Shown here: positions 11,951 through 24,850 of the stretch, in pieces
Layout of the letters: each line of letters begins with the position of its first letter
How positions within the stretch are numbered: position 1 is the stretch's first letter
Origin: Eledone cirrhosa
Taxonomy: Eukaryota
Direction of reading: 5' to 3'
Length of the DNA: 64,000 bases
Assembly: GCA_964016885.1 (NCBI GenBank)
Contig: OZ024740.1
Coordinates: 51,336,001 to 51,400,000 of the forward strand
The notes under the pieces: model-generated
Told to the model about the DNA's origin: nothing
The model's input: the letters and a program-made list of their open reading frames with translations, nothing else
Database searches by the model: none
Program-made: the position numbers and the translations under genes

Positions 11951-14085
11951 ATAATAATAATAATTATTATTATTATTAATATCATTATCATCAAATTACT
12001 AAAAATTATTGTTTTTCAGCTGAATATTTGAGAATTACCAAGTTCATGTAGAGTTCGTTACTACGTTTCCATGGCTCGATCTGCTAAAAGCAGCAGCCAA
12101 ATCTCTGTTAAATATCGCCACACTGTCATTAAAAAAAGGAAAGACACATTGGATGCTGTAGTCCCTGATATGCCCAAAGTCAGATAGATGTGACTAGAAC
12201 GATTTTTGGCCATGTCTGCTTAATCAGGTTGCTATATCCAAGTGTAGATTTATGTTTCCCATAAATCAAAACTTCTTCATTAGGTCCCGTGTTCGTTTCT
12301 ACTGTATGGCATCTTAAACAAATGTTATCATATCTTCGAATCAACCTATGAACTTGGGTACACCAAAACTATTGGAAGCCTGTTGGGTAGATTGTACCTG
12401 TAATTTAACGTGCCAGCTTTGTCATACACTGTGTCACACTGAATCTCTCTGAGAATTATGTTAAGGGCATACGTGTCTGTGGAATACTCAGCCTCTGACA
12501 TGTTAATTTCATAAACAAACTGTTCCATTGCTCAAACAACTGGAACACTCATTCAGAACTAACAGAACACCATTTTATTCTTCACAAATCAAAAAGTGTC
12601 TGTAATTCCAAATCCGATGATTATGTATTTGTTCTGATTCCATTACTATTGCTTTTTAAAATTTTTATTCTATTTTGTATTATTTTATTTTATTTATTCT
12701 TTGAGGTGTTGAGCCATTATTGAAAACTTTGCCTCTATTTGGAATATTGTTAATAAGTCAACCTAACAGAGCCTGTTTCTTCTCCAAGCTACCTGCATAG
12801 AACGGTTTTAAACTTAATGTTGCAGGCTAACAAAATATCTATCAATCATATAGAACCCCTCTCCCCCGCTGCTTAAAATGATGAGCTGTGTCCTGCCTAT
12901 TTAAGTGATCTTGGATATTTATGATGGAATACGAAGTGTTGACTCTTCTGTCACCATATATATATATGTATGCTCCTGTTTCTCTATCTATTACTAGTAA
13001 TATTCCTAAACTATTTTGTAGGGCCTTAGATAAATGCCCCCCCCCCCCCCCCTCGCATATCTATAGTAAGATCTTTAACAAACATACAATCAAATTCTCT
13101 TATTCCACCACTTCCAACATCTCTAACATTGTCTCTAAACACAATAATAAAATATTAAATAATAAATTACATCCATCCAACACTGAGCGTCATAATAATA
13201 GCAATAGTAAACCCGACGTCAATGTTAACTCTAGGCTAGATTCAGTAAATTTAAATACGTCAAACATAACTTCGTTGAATGTTCATAACACCAATCTAAA
13301 TCAGGAAACTATAGTTCCTATCGTAAATAACTTCTCCAATCCAATTCCTTCTATAAATAATACTAGATCACTTGTTAATAACTCTGGTAATTTCTCTAAT
13401 CGTAATTGCCCTGTTAGAACTAAATGTCCTCTTAATAACCAATGTCTTGATAAAAACTTAGTGCATGAATGTAAGGTTATAACTGGTACTAATTCTTTTG
13501 CCTATTTCGGTTCCACTTCCACTTCCTTTAAAGCAAGATTTTATAATCACAATTCATCTTTTAAATACCAACTTAAAAGAACTAACACGGCACTCTCGGA
13601 ACTCATATGGTCCTTAAAAGACAAAAATATTAACTATAACATCTCTTGGAGGAAGGTTTTCAACGCCTTTACTTACCGGAATTCTTCCCTATCCAGAACC
13701 TGTAATCTCTGCCTAGCCGAAAAATTTACCATTATATCTAATTTTAATTCTATAATAAATAGACGTACGGATTTATTTTCGCTCTGCTTGCATAAATCCC
13801 ATAGAACTTTCCATAAAGTATACAGCTAATATCTCAATACCTAATTAGTTTTAAAATCTTCTTTTCTCAAACGCTTTTATATCTTTTACAAATATACCCA
13901 TCTTTCTACCTTATTTCAGTATATTATATTATACAATTTACTCATTCTATGTCGTTGTGATCCCCTATCTTTTTTCTTTTTATCCTTTTTCCTTTCTTCC
14001 TTTTTTTCTTTTTTAATTTTTAATCTTTAATCTGTAACTTTTACTTCTCAATTACTTCTTAATTCATATTATTACTCACTATAGC

Positions 14086-14270
14086 GGTGAATTGGCAGTA
14101 TCGGTAGAGGGTCGGACAGCATGCTTTGACGCATAGAGTTACGGCCCTTGCCATTCTGAGTTCAAATCCCGCCGAGGTTGACTTTGCCTTTCATCCTTAC
14201 GGGGTCGATTAAATAAAGTACCAGTAATACACTGGGTTATTGCTAGCCTTGTGCCTAAAGTAGAAACAAT
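14086..14270 (+). mobile_element. Full-length SINE with ~16-18 bp TSD
   Basis: attattactcactatagc at 14068-14085 and 14269-14286; A-box-like and B-box motifs present. Confidence 0.92.
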
Positions 14271-14611
14271 TATTACTCACTATAGCATTTTTCATTTTTC
14301 CTTATATTCTTGGCCATACAAACTATATTTTTCTTAATATATAATAATATTACCATTAGTAAATTTTGTAAACATATATATTTTTTCTTCCTTAAACTTT
14401 CTTCTTTCTTCTCTTCTTCCGTGCTCGTATTAAACCTATTATCTACTTTTACATATTACAATACATAAAAACAAACTTAAACCCTAACTAATTCCTCTAA
14501 ATTCCTAATTCATTTAATTTATCTTTCACTCATATTATATCCTTAATATTTTTATTTTAATAATACATATTAATAAATTCTTTTTTTGCACATATTATTA
14601 AACCCTTCAAT

Positions 14612-16461
14612 ATCATCATCATCATCATCATCATAGTTTAACGTCCATCTTCCACGCTTGCATGGGTTTGGACGGGAATTTTCCCACTTGAAGCAAGATT
14701 GGTTGTCTTGCTCGTATAGGACTGTCTGGTGGGCTTTCTACAGCTGGATGCCCTTCTTAACACCAACCACGTTTATAGTGTGGACAGTGTGGCAAGGCGG
14801 GTCTTCTGTATTACTGTGTAGCACCAAAGATCTCGGTCTAGTGACATTGTCTTGGAAAGGTGTAAGTGTGTGAGGTCGGAATTTATCAAGTTGTCCCAGT
14901 ATTTTCTGGGTCTGCCTACTCCGTGGCTATCGCCCTGCACTTTTTTATGCAGCTGTCGTCTTTCATGCGCGCATCACGTGACCGTACCAACGTAGTCTTC
15001 TCTCGAGTAAACAGCATCTGATCCCTCTTATACCTAATTTCTCACTTAGTTCATTTATGCTTTGCTGTTCACGTGTAGTACTATTACACATCCAGTGGAG
15101 CATGCATGCTTCGTTCCCCTCCAGTCTGCGCAGATCCTCTGAACACAATGCCCAGGTCTCACTGCCATGTAACATTGCTGTTCGTATGCAGGAATCATAC
15201 AGCCTGCCTTTCATTTTTAGAGAGAACCCTTTAGCGGCCAATAGTGGTATAAGCTCTCTGAACTTTTCCCATCCCGTTCTGACTCTAGCTACTGTACTTT
15301 CAGAGCACCCTCCACCACTGCTGATTTTGTCACCCAGGTAACGGAAGGTGTCCACTATTTCTATAGAACCATCTGCGCAATGGAATGAGCTAGTATTTTG
15401 TGGGCACTTGCTGCTACTTATTGCACCTGAGCACCGGCCACATATAAAATCTATATTCTTAGTTAGCTTACCTGTGATCCCACTACATCTTTTATGCACC
15501 CATACTTTGCATTTGGGACATAAAATGGAGTTTCTGCCTACTCCTTTCCTACACACTGAGCATGGCCATTTCCCAGATGGGACCGGTGCCCTATTTTCCT
15601 TCCTACAAACTAGAACTTTAGTTTTAGACAGGTTAATTTTAAGGGCTTTTGATTCTAGGCCATGCTTCCATGTTTGGAATTTCTTCTCTAGTTCGGCCAT
15701 TGATTCAGCTATGAGCGCTAGATCATCTGCGTATAGGAGTTCCCATGGGCAGCCAGTCTTGAACTCCTCTGTTATAGCCTGAAGGGCAATAATAAATAGT
15801 AGGGGGCTAAGAACGGAGCCCTGATGAACACCAACTTTTATGCTAAACTCTTCACTATATTCGTTGTTAATTCTAACCTTGCTGACTGTTTCTTTATACA
15901 TGGCTTGTATAGCTCTCACAAGCCATTCATTAACACCTAGTTTTCTAAGAGCCCACCAGATAATGGAACGGGGGACTCTGTCAAAGGCTTTCTCCAAGTC
16001 GACAAAAGCTAAGTATAGGGTTTACTTTTAGCTAGGTACTTCTCCTGTAGTTGTCGTACAATGAAAAGAGCGTCTGTGGTACTTTTACCTGACACAAACC
16101 CAAACTGCATTTCATCTAGATCAATTCGCTCTCTGATTAGTTGCGCTATTACTTTTTCTGTGACCTTCATGACCTGGTCGATTAATTTAATGCCTCTATA
16201 GTTACCCTATCTAGGGCATCTCCTTTACCCTTGTAGCAGTTAATGATGATGATGCTACACCAGTCCTTCAGAACGACCCCATTCTCTATGACTTGGTTTA
16301 CTATCCGGGTGACCATGGTGTGTCCCACCGTCCCAGATGCTTTCAGCATTTCAGCAACTATTTCCGAAGGCCCAGCCGCCTTACCCGTCTTCATATCTTT
16401 GATTGCCTTACTTATTATACTACCTTCAACTAGCACTGCTGGTCCCTTTATTGGATCGATA
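14612..16461 (-). mobile_element. 5'-truncated RTE-clade LINE with PHD-like finger in RT
   Basis: EKAFDRVPR, GVHQGSVLSPLLF, LLYADDL, KWPCSVC...CPKCKVWVHKRC...CGRC, FRYLG, RRLRWYGHV; (ATG)n tail on minus strand. Confidence 0.95.
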
Positions 16462-16829
16462 CCTTTCTTAATTCCTTTTTCTTTAATCATAAACATCACC
16501 ATTCATAAACCTCATTAACTTTTAATTTCAAAATCTTTTAAAATTATCTATTATCTGTCAACGGTTTTTTAATTTCTCTCTGTGAGACAATGTTTTCTCT
16601 GTTTTAAAGGCTATTTCTCTCTCTCTATCACTCATTTCTCCTCCTCTCTCATCCTTCCTTCTTATACTCCTCCCCCGTCATCCTTTTCTTTCTTCCTTAC
16701 CTTTTCCTACCCCCCCCCCCCCCCCTCACTTTTTCCCAATCTCGTATATCCATCTTACTTTATTTTTCATATGTTGATTTAACACTTCACTGCTCACAAG
16801 TGTTTTTTAAGCTTCCTATCATGTTTCCC

Positions 16830-16900
16830 TATTTTATTTGATGAGAACGCAAATATCATCCCATGATGATATTTGTTTTTGAAATGTGCATAATAAAATA
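16830..16900 (+). ncRNA. Type I minimal hammerhead ribozyme motif (core C3>T) at the Penelope 3' end
   Basis: Stem I tattttat/ataaaata; core TTGATGA; stem II caaatatcatc-ccat-gatgatatttg; GAAA-T-gtgc-A-TA cleavage site. Confidence 0.75.
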
Positions 16901-16930
16901 CTTGGAACTCTTTTAACCATCTTTTGATCT

Positions 16931-16994
<64 letters not shown>

Positions 16995-16997
<3 letters not shown>

Positions 16998-17110
16998 TGG
17001 TTACACAACAGTTAGTTCCCCATACCGAGAACAATTGTTTCACCTTCGCGGATCCACGAAGGTGAAACAATTGTTCTCGGTATGGGGAACTAACTGTTGT
17101 GTAACCACTT
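16995..17110. repeat. Near-perfect palindrome (54-bp perfect arms) containing the 3' half of a hammerhead
   Basis: aagtggttac...caccttcg-cggatcca-cgaaggtg...gtaaccactt. Each arm carries GAAAC-AATT-GTT; (TA)n on the left and ~70 bp beyond the right arm. Confidence 0.95.
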
Positions 17111-17739
17111 CTACCTAACTCGTCCCTTGGACTGAGTACTCTACCACTACGGATATTACCTTCCAGTGTTCCACCACTATATATATATGTATATATATAT
17201 TCGGCCACCTGCCACCTTTTATTTAATGTAAATTCTTCTCCTTCTCCTTCTCCTTCTCCTTCTCCTTCTAAGGTGCTTTATATCACTCCAGTACTTGACT
17301 TGTACTTCATTTCATCGACCCCATAAAAATAACTGGTACAGTAGGCTTCAAAGGAATATGAATTCAGAGCATGAAGTGGGGTGAGCATTTTTTTCCAATA
17401 CTCTAATGCTTCTGCTACTCCAACGGGGGGGTCCAAATCCACTGCAGTTGTTTCTTTGTTTTCTAAAAAGTTTGAAATATTCATCACAGCATCCATTACT
17501 TTGATTAGGAGCTAGAATGAAATATGAAGCTTTCCTATAAAACAGTCCTGCGATTGTTTACAATCCCATCTATATATGATGAAGATTTGTCTCATTTGTT
17601 AAGCGTTATAGAAACCAAATTCTTGTAAGTTCTGAAAATGTTAATTGGTAAATAGTAGATTCCCTTTTTGCTATTACACACCTGACTGTAATATTACCTT
17701 TATGAACTTGGGATGATTGTAGAGTGTCGTAGAGTTATC

Positions 17740-19620
17740 ATTCACACCAGGAGATATGGAACATTGAAAGATAGTTTCCTCTTAGAAGCTCTCGCACTTC
17801 CCCTGGCAAAATTGAAGAATTTATCTTCATTTTGATGTATGTATGGGTCAAAGCACAGTTGTGATGATGATATTTGGTGTGTCACAAGAATTGAACATCT
17901 GGTAACTGTTGTGTGCATTGTTCTACAGAGAGATGACACAATCCCAGACATGAAGAATTATTGCCAGGAAAACTGGTCCAGAATTAACATGAAAGCCTTG
18001 ATCCCAGTACAAATGGAAAACCTAGACAAAATCTCCAAGCAGATAGGTTTTCTAAATGGCACTAAATTGTACATTAAAGTTGAAGGTAGAAGCCTCAAGT
18101 TTCACATATATGGTAACACTAGCCATCTGAGAGCTTTCTCTCCACAGTACAGCATGGACCTGTGTTGCTGCTTATACTACCACCATAACAACATCAGTAG
18201 CAGCAACACAAACAGCATTAGCCATCCAAAGTACAGCAACATTGTTGTTGAGATCAGGATCTCTTACATTCAATCACTCACACTTCTTCCCAATGGCTAT
18301 GGAGTATACACATCTTTTTCTCAGCCCAAATTGAACAGGAACGCCGTGTTATTTTCTAGTTCTGGATATCGACATGCGAGTAACCTTCTTGTGCCCGAAT
18401 GGGAAGTCAGTGGTCCTGAACATGAACAGTAATAATTGAGAGTTTGAATAACATTTTCAACCCACACAGGAATTATGTGTGAGGAGCCCATATGATAGTG
18501 AGAATGAAAGCTTTGCAAACCTTCACAAGTAGTTCTAGTAGTGGCACTATGGAGAAATTACCCAAATAATGATAATAGACTACTTCAGTCCCATAACTCT
18601 ACTAAACACTTAGTTGAAGGTAGTTTAGTGGGAGATCTGTCAATGACAACCTCATGCAATACAATTTAAAGTGAGTTAAGAATAGATCAGTCTAAAGCTT
18701 ACAAAAAGGTTGACCATCGCTACGTGGCAGCTTTCCTCAAGCAGAAGGTTCAGTCCCATTCTCAGAATATGGATTGCTACATTGTACAGTGGCATCTATC
18801 CGGTTGTCAAAGTAAATGACCCATTTTTTAAAACGTTTTGTATCACTCAAACAGTCCATCAAAGATCCTCCTCCCTTCTCTCCTGTATCTTTTGGTGCTG
18901 GTGCCATTGTTGCAGAGATTGGAAACTTTGAGTGACATCCCACTCGAACTGGAAAACAGGAGAGCTGTGCATGCACAGAAGACTTTTGAGGTGGATGCTT
19001 TCTCGCTTCTTGTAAAAAATACATCTACTTCCAACATACACTCTGTTGGAGTCTCGAGATGCTGTTGCTGATGATATTCAGGAACACTGTGAAATTAATG
19101 CATTCACAGAAATTTCTGAACCCCTGCCATGATGACGAGGCATTAGTGTAGGTGCTTTTCATGGAGCACATTTTTCCACTGCTAGTCTCCTTGGCTGAGC
19201 TGCAGTCATGGATGAAGCGCAGGCCAAAGTTGGGCTCATGCCATCTGGAATGCCACTAAGTGCTCACAGCACACTACCAGTTGAAGAATGCAATCATTAG
19301 AAAATCAACCATCACACTTTATAGAGGGTTAGTGGTGGTGTTGGAGGTGGGTTATAAATGATAATGACCTGGGAACAATTTTGAGTGTATATGAGGGCTG
19401 TTTGAGCAGTCAGCTCTGGAAGACGTTCAAAGGGGGAATTATGGACAATTTCTTGCCAGTAAAACAGAAGTGAAAGGGGGCACTAGCTATTCCAGACAAG
19501 CTTTATGTTAATGGAAGCATTAGCATGGTGATGAAATTGTCTTACACACAATTGTTCAGCATCCGTACATTGCTGACTTATGAGTTTGTGTTGAAGAGCT
19601 GCTATCACATGTAGAGCAGA
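17740..19620 (-). mobile_element. Possible very degenerate LTR-retrotransposon remnant
   Basis: Weak integrase-like traces (HSHYHMG, VENVIQT..C, GPLTS, SNTGP) and a gag-like trace near 19500; no intact motif. Confidence 0.3.
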
Positions 19621-19639
19621 TCCAGCAACTAGCCATGTC

Positions 19640-19760
19640 AATAATTGTTTCTACTTTAGGTACAAGGCCAGCAATTACCCAGTGCATTACTGGTACTTTA
19701 TTTTATCGACCCCGTAAGGATGAAAGGCAAAGTCAACCTCGGTGGGATTTGAACTCAGGT
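19640..19760 (-). mobile_element. 5'-truncated SINE
   Basis: Same tail, central domain and B box as the 2471 copy. Confidence 0.85.
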
Positions 19761-20318
19761 TTGAAGTATAGTTAGGTTTTCCTTGACTGGCAACTATAAC
19801 TCAGGAAGTTGTGTGGTATGTGTGGTTAAAAGTATTGAGAACAGGTTTTTTTTTACTCTTTGACGATTCTCTTGATGCGGAAGGAAAAGTGACACTCTTT
19901 AGTGTACTTAACCTAAAAGCAACAAACCAGCAATCTTGTAATACACAACCAGATATGTGTAATTGCCTACCTACTTGGGAAGCACACTCCTTTACATGCA
20001 CTAACTTTTAGTCCTTTTTTTTTAAATCTGTAAAAGTTAACGGCCCACTCTCACAATAACTTTAAGAGCTCATGACTTAATAATCATATAAAAATACAAT
20101 GGATTATTTATGCAGTTTGAAAGTCATTATTGGCTACTTTGTTTTTCAATTAATTCATTAACTGTATTTTTTTAAATCCTGAATGTAGCCTACAGCTTTT
20201 TTGTTTTGTTTGGATGCTTTGTTTTTAAATTATCAATAATTCACAAATGTTTTATCATTCCATCATTTGAAAAAAAAAAAATAATAATAATAATATATAT
20301 CATCATCATCATCATAAT

Positions 20319-20385
<67 letters not shown>

Positions 20386-20589
20386 GCAAAGGTAAAATAT
20401 ATATAAACAGCCCAAATGTATGTAGAGAATTATATATGATAGTATATAATTGTCAAGTAGTTTCAGAATTAGCTCAATGTGTTTAGATATTGGTATGAAG
20501 AAAAGCTAGATTTATTTAGGGAGAAAAAGTTGGAAAGGCAGATATAAACACAACTCTCTTGAAACTTGTAAGGAATTAAAAAGGATTTA

Positions 20590-21100
20590 CCTTAAGCAAC
20601 AGCAGCTTCTCAGAGAAAATGTCCTACTCTCCAGACCATTACCCTAAAACGAACAGGAAAAAACCACTATCTGGTTCTCCCCACAAATCCACTATCTGGT
20701 TCTCCCCATCTTTCTCCCTTAATGTCAAAACTAATGTAGGTAAACAAATTTTAGCACTTATAGACATACATTTCCCCTTACGACATAAATACCACCAGAT
20801 ACCACAACACGGTTAAAATAGGATATTCCTGTAGCAGAAATATGAAACACCCGCCTCTTAAATAAACACCTGTGTTTACAGACCTATGGATGCTCATGAA
20901 AAAATCCAGATACATGCCTGCTGGATCAACAGTGTAATATACAAGGCTGATGTCACATCTTTAAATCAACATCATCAAAAAAAAAACATGGACATACGTG
21001 AGAATGTCCAAAAGTCGATTTCAATACTGTTTCTTAAATCATGAAACAACTTTCAGACTCTCAGACAAGAGAAATACTATGAATAGTATCTATATGTAAA
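20590..21100 (+). mobile_element. Degenerate Penelope-like fragment (RT-endonuclease linker and GIY-YIG traces)
   Basis: IWFSPSFSLNVKTNVGKQILALIDIHFPLRHKYHQI, then VKIGYSC. Confidence 0.75.
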
Positions 21101-21523
21101 TTTCTGTGATTCTATCACAAGTAAAGACACTACCTCTTACTACTTCTCTCTCTGCTGCCTACGTGAATGTATGTGTGTGTAAAAGGAAGGAAGGGGGTGG
21201 TGAAAAAATATAGCAAAATAGCGGCTGATGTTCCATTTGTTATGCTGTGTATGTGTGAATGTATGTGTGTGTTTGTGTGAATATATATTCTGAGTGTGTA
21301 TTTTTGTGTGTGTGTCTGTGTTTGCACGTTTATATTTATATACTCACACATATAAATGTATGCATATGCACATACACACACGCACATACATATACACATA
21401 TGCAACAGTGTGTTGCAAAAAATCCTAGTATTAAAAATTTGTCCCGTGGATTGTGTGCTCTACACCTTGGATATCTTTAACAACCAGTACTAACATATAT
21501 ATACAGGATAGTAGTCATAATAT

Positions 21524-22015
21524 ATCATCATCATCATCATCATCATCACCGTTTTACGTCCGTTCTTCCACGCTAGCATGGGTTAGACGGGTTGTCCTGT
21601 TGTGGGCAGTGTCTGGTCGGCTGACTATGCCTTGCTTATACAGGAACTGATTTGGCTTGATTTCTACAGAGCTGGATGCCCTTCCTAACACCAACCTCAT
21701 TTACAGTGAGTGCTGGGTGCTTTTTCGTGGCGCCTACACGTCCACTTTACAGTGTGGGCTGGGTGCTTTTTTGCCGTGGCACCTCCACGACCACCTTGCG
21801 GTGGGGGGGGGGGGGGGCATATTGTCTATATGCTTCAGCTTGTACCCATGGGAGGTCGGGTACTCTGTATTACTAGAGGTTACTCTGTATTACCAGAGGT
21901 TACAGTCGTGTGTCATTGCCTTTGAGAGGTGTAATTGGGTAAGGTCGGCTTTTATCACCTCATCCCAGGTCATCTTGGGTCTCCCCACTCCGCGGTTTCC
22001 ATCGACTTCTAGTGC
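21524..22015 (-). mobile_element. RTE 3'-end fragment
   Basis: (ATC)n tail, 3'-UTR module shared with 7550-7700, GRPK..W C-terminal remnant near 21960-22000. Confidence 0.7.
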
Positions 22016-22019
22016 TCTG

Positions 22020-22021
22020 TA

Positions 22022-22096
<75 letters not shown>

Positions 22097-22270
22097 TTCT
22101 CACATAAGCGTATTTGCGTCTACATGGAAATATGAACAGACACATAAATACATACACACACATATACACAAATATATATGCACCCATATATGTACACACA
22201 AACACACACATATATAAAAATGTATACACACACATACACACTAACACAAAAGGCTCTATATATACGCGCA

Positions 22271-22316
<46 letters not shown>

Positions 22317-22392
22317 CACACATATACATATCCATACACACATACATATACATGCATGCGTACACACACACACATATATATATATACACACA
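22020..22392. repeat. (TA)n and (CA/TA)n microsatellite block
   Basis: Direct inspection. Similar blocks at 16938-16994, 20280-20385, 21240-21400, 24630-24850 and 26140-26265. Confidence 0.95.
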
Positions 22393-22394
22393 TT

Positions 22395-22600
22395 AAATCT
22401 CGCAAATACCCGCCTAGAGTTAAGGACATGGCCAACTTCGAAATAGATCTAGTTAACTTGATAAATGAATTAAAATACCATAAGTACAACAACAATTTTC
22501 AATCCAAACTCTTTAACGACATTTCTAATTTTAAACACTCTAAAATTACTTTCATTTTTTCTGACAAAGCCAAAAATCTTTATGAAGTTAATAACAATTC
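22395..22600 (+). mobile_element. Penelope-like RT N-terminal fragment, cut by the adjacent RTE
   Basis: PPRVKDMANFEIDL...FQSKL...FSDKAKNLYEV resembles the PLE pre-RT region. Confidence 0.6.
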
Positions 22601-24627
22601 ATATAAGTAAGGCAATCAAAGATATGAAGACGGGTAAGGCGGCTGGTCCTTCGGAAATAGTTGCTGAAATGCTGAAAGCTTCTGGAACGGTGGGACACAC
22701 CATGATCACCCGGATAGTAAACCAAGTCATACAGAATGGGGTTGTTCCGAAGGACTGGCGTAGCAGCATCATCATTAACTGTTACAAAGGTAAAGGAGAT
22801 TCCCTAGATAGGAGTAACTATAGAGGCATTAAATTAATCGACCAGGTCATGAAGGTCACAGAAAAAGTAATAGCGCAACTAATCAGAGAGAGAATTGATC
22901 TAGATGAAATGCAGTTCGAGTTTGTGTCAGGCAAAAGTACCACAGACGCTCTTTTCATTGTACGACAACTACGGGAGAAGTACCTAGCTAAAAGTAAACC
23001 CCTATACTTAGCTTTTGTCGACTTGGAGAAAGCCTTCGACAGAGTCCCCCGTTCCATTATCTGGTGGGCTCTTAGAAAACTAGGTGTTGATGAATGGCTT
23101 GTGAGAGCTATACAAGCCATGTATAAAGAAACAGTCAGCAAGGTTAGAATTAACAACGAATATAGTGAAGAATTTAACGTAAAAGTTGGTGTACATCAGG
23201 GCTCCGTTCTTAGCCCCCTCCTATTCATTATTGCCCTTCAGGCCATAACAGAGGAGTTCAAGACTGGCTGCCCATGGCAACTCCTATATGCAGATGATCT
23301 AACGCTCATAGCTGAATCAATTGCCGAACTAGAGAAGAAATTCCAAATATGAAAGCATGGCCTAGAATCAAAAGGCCTTAAAGTTAACTTGTTTAAGACT
23401 AAAGTTCTAGTATGTAGGAAGGAAAATAGGGCACAGGTCCCCTCTGGGAAATGGCCATGCTCAGTGTGTAGGAAAGGAGTAGGCAGAAATTCCATTTTAT
23501 GTCCCAAATGCAAAGTATGGATGCATAAAAGATGTGGGATCACAGGTAAGCTAACTAAGAATATAGATTTTATATGTGGCCAGTGCTCAGGTGCAATAAG
23601 TAGCAAGCGCCCACAGGATACTAGCTCCTTCTATTGCCCAGATGGTTCTATAGAAATAGTGAACACCTTCCGTTACCTGGGTGACAAAATCAGCAATGGT
23701 GGAGGGTGCTCAGAAAGTACAGTAGCTAGAGTCAGAACGGGATGGAAAAAGTTCAGAGAGCTTATACCACTATAGGCCACTAAAGGTTTCTCTCTAAAAA
23801 TGAAAGGCAGACTGTATGATGCCTGCATACGAACAGCAATGTTACATGGCAGTGAGACATGGGCATTGTGTGCAGAGGATCTGCGCAGACTGGAGGGGAA
23901 CGAAACATGCATGCTCCACTGGATGTGTAATAGTACTACACGTGAACAGCAAAGCATAAATGAACTAAGTGAGAAATTAGGTATAAGAGGGATCAGATGC
24001 TGTTTACTCGAGAGAAGACTACGTTGGTATGGTCAAGTGATGCCCACGACTGCTGTATAAAAAAGTGCAGGGCAATCAAAATTGACGGAAGTTACGGAGT
24101 AGGCAGACCCAGAAAAACCTGGGACGATTTGATAAATTCCGACCTTACACACTTAGACCTCTCTAAGACAATGTCTTTGGACCGAGATCTTTGGCGTCAC
24201 GCAGTAATATAGAAAACCCGCCTTGCCTAAGTACAAAGCGAAACCTACAGTAAGTAGGCACCTCTTAATCAAATATACACCCCCCCCCCCTCCCACTACC
24301 TCAACGCCCCCACCCCCATCAGCACCACCCCTTTCTCTGTAAAGTTATGTTGGTACCACAACATCCAGTCCTAAATAAATGAGGTCGTGTAGGTGTCACA
24401 AAAAAAAAAAACAGTCCACGCTGTTATGTGGCCGTGTAGGTAACACGGTAAAAACCCCCCAGTTCCACACTGTAAATGTGGTTGGTGTTAAGAAGAGTAT
24501 CCAGCCGTAGAAAACCTGCCAGACAGTCCCATACGAGCGAGACCACCAATCTTGCCTCAAGTGCGGCAATTCCCGTCTAAACCCATGCTAGCGTGGAAGA
24601 TAGACGTTAAACGATTATGATGATGAT
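22601..24627 (+). mobile_element. 5'-truncated RTE-clade LINE, same subfamily as 14612-16461
   Basis: KAAGPSEI, NYRGIKL, FVDLEKAFDRVPR, YADD, PHD-like finger, GRPRKTW, 3' UTR and (ATG)n tail; a few stops and frameshifts. Confidence 0.95.
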
Positions 24628-24850
24628 GTGTGTATCGATTTAAGTATACATGTATATATATATGCGTATGTTGAATTTTTATTGCATGTGTGTGTGCACG
24701 CGCACGCGTGTGTACGTATGTATGTGGGTTATGTACCTATGATATTTATCTATCTATATTTGTATGTTTTTGTATGCGTATGTATGTGGATGTGTGTATA
24801 TATATGTATGTGTGTATATATGTGTATATATATGTATATGCGTGTATATA

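Larger units (their letters stand above)
12975..16925 (+). mobile_element. 5'-truncated Penelope-like element: GIY-YIG endonuclease C-terminus plus long 3' region, interrupted by a SINE and an RTE
   Basis: ORF 12921..13829 has KIFNKHTIKFSYS, CPLNNQCL, AYFGSTSTSFKARFYNH, TALSELIW, CNLCLAEK and INRRTDLFSLCLH. C/T-rich 3' region ends in a hammerhead motif and (TA)n. Confidence 0.85.

Noticed and set aside
12921-13829. Host gene or selenoprotein reading of the GIY-YIG ORF
   Set aside because: Motifs are those of a Penelope-like endonuclease, the element is 5'-truncated, and there is no in-frame TGA at Cys positions.
14086-14270. tRNA gene (A and B boxes)
   Set aside because: The boxes belong to a multi-copy SINE with tail and TSD; no cloverleaf is evident.
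17839-18432. 197-aa plus-strand ORF
   Set aside because: No recognisable domain or compatible splice signals; probably a chance ORF in a decayed repeat.
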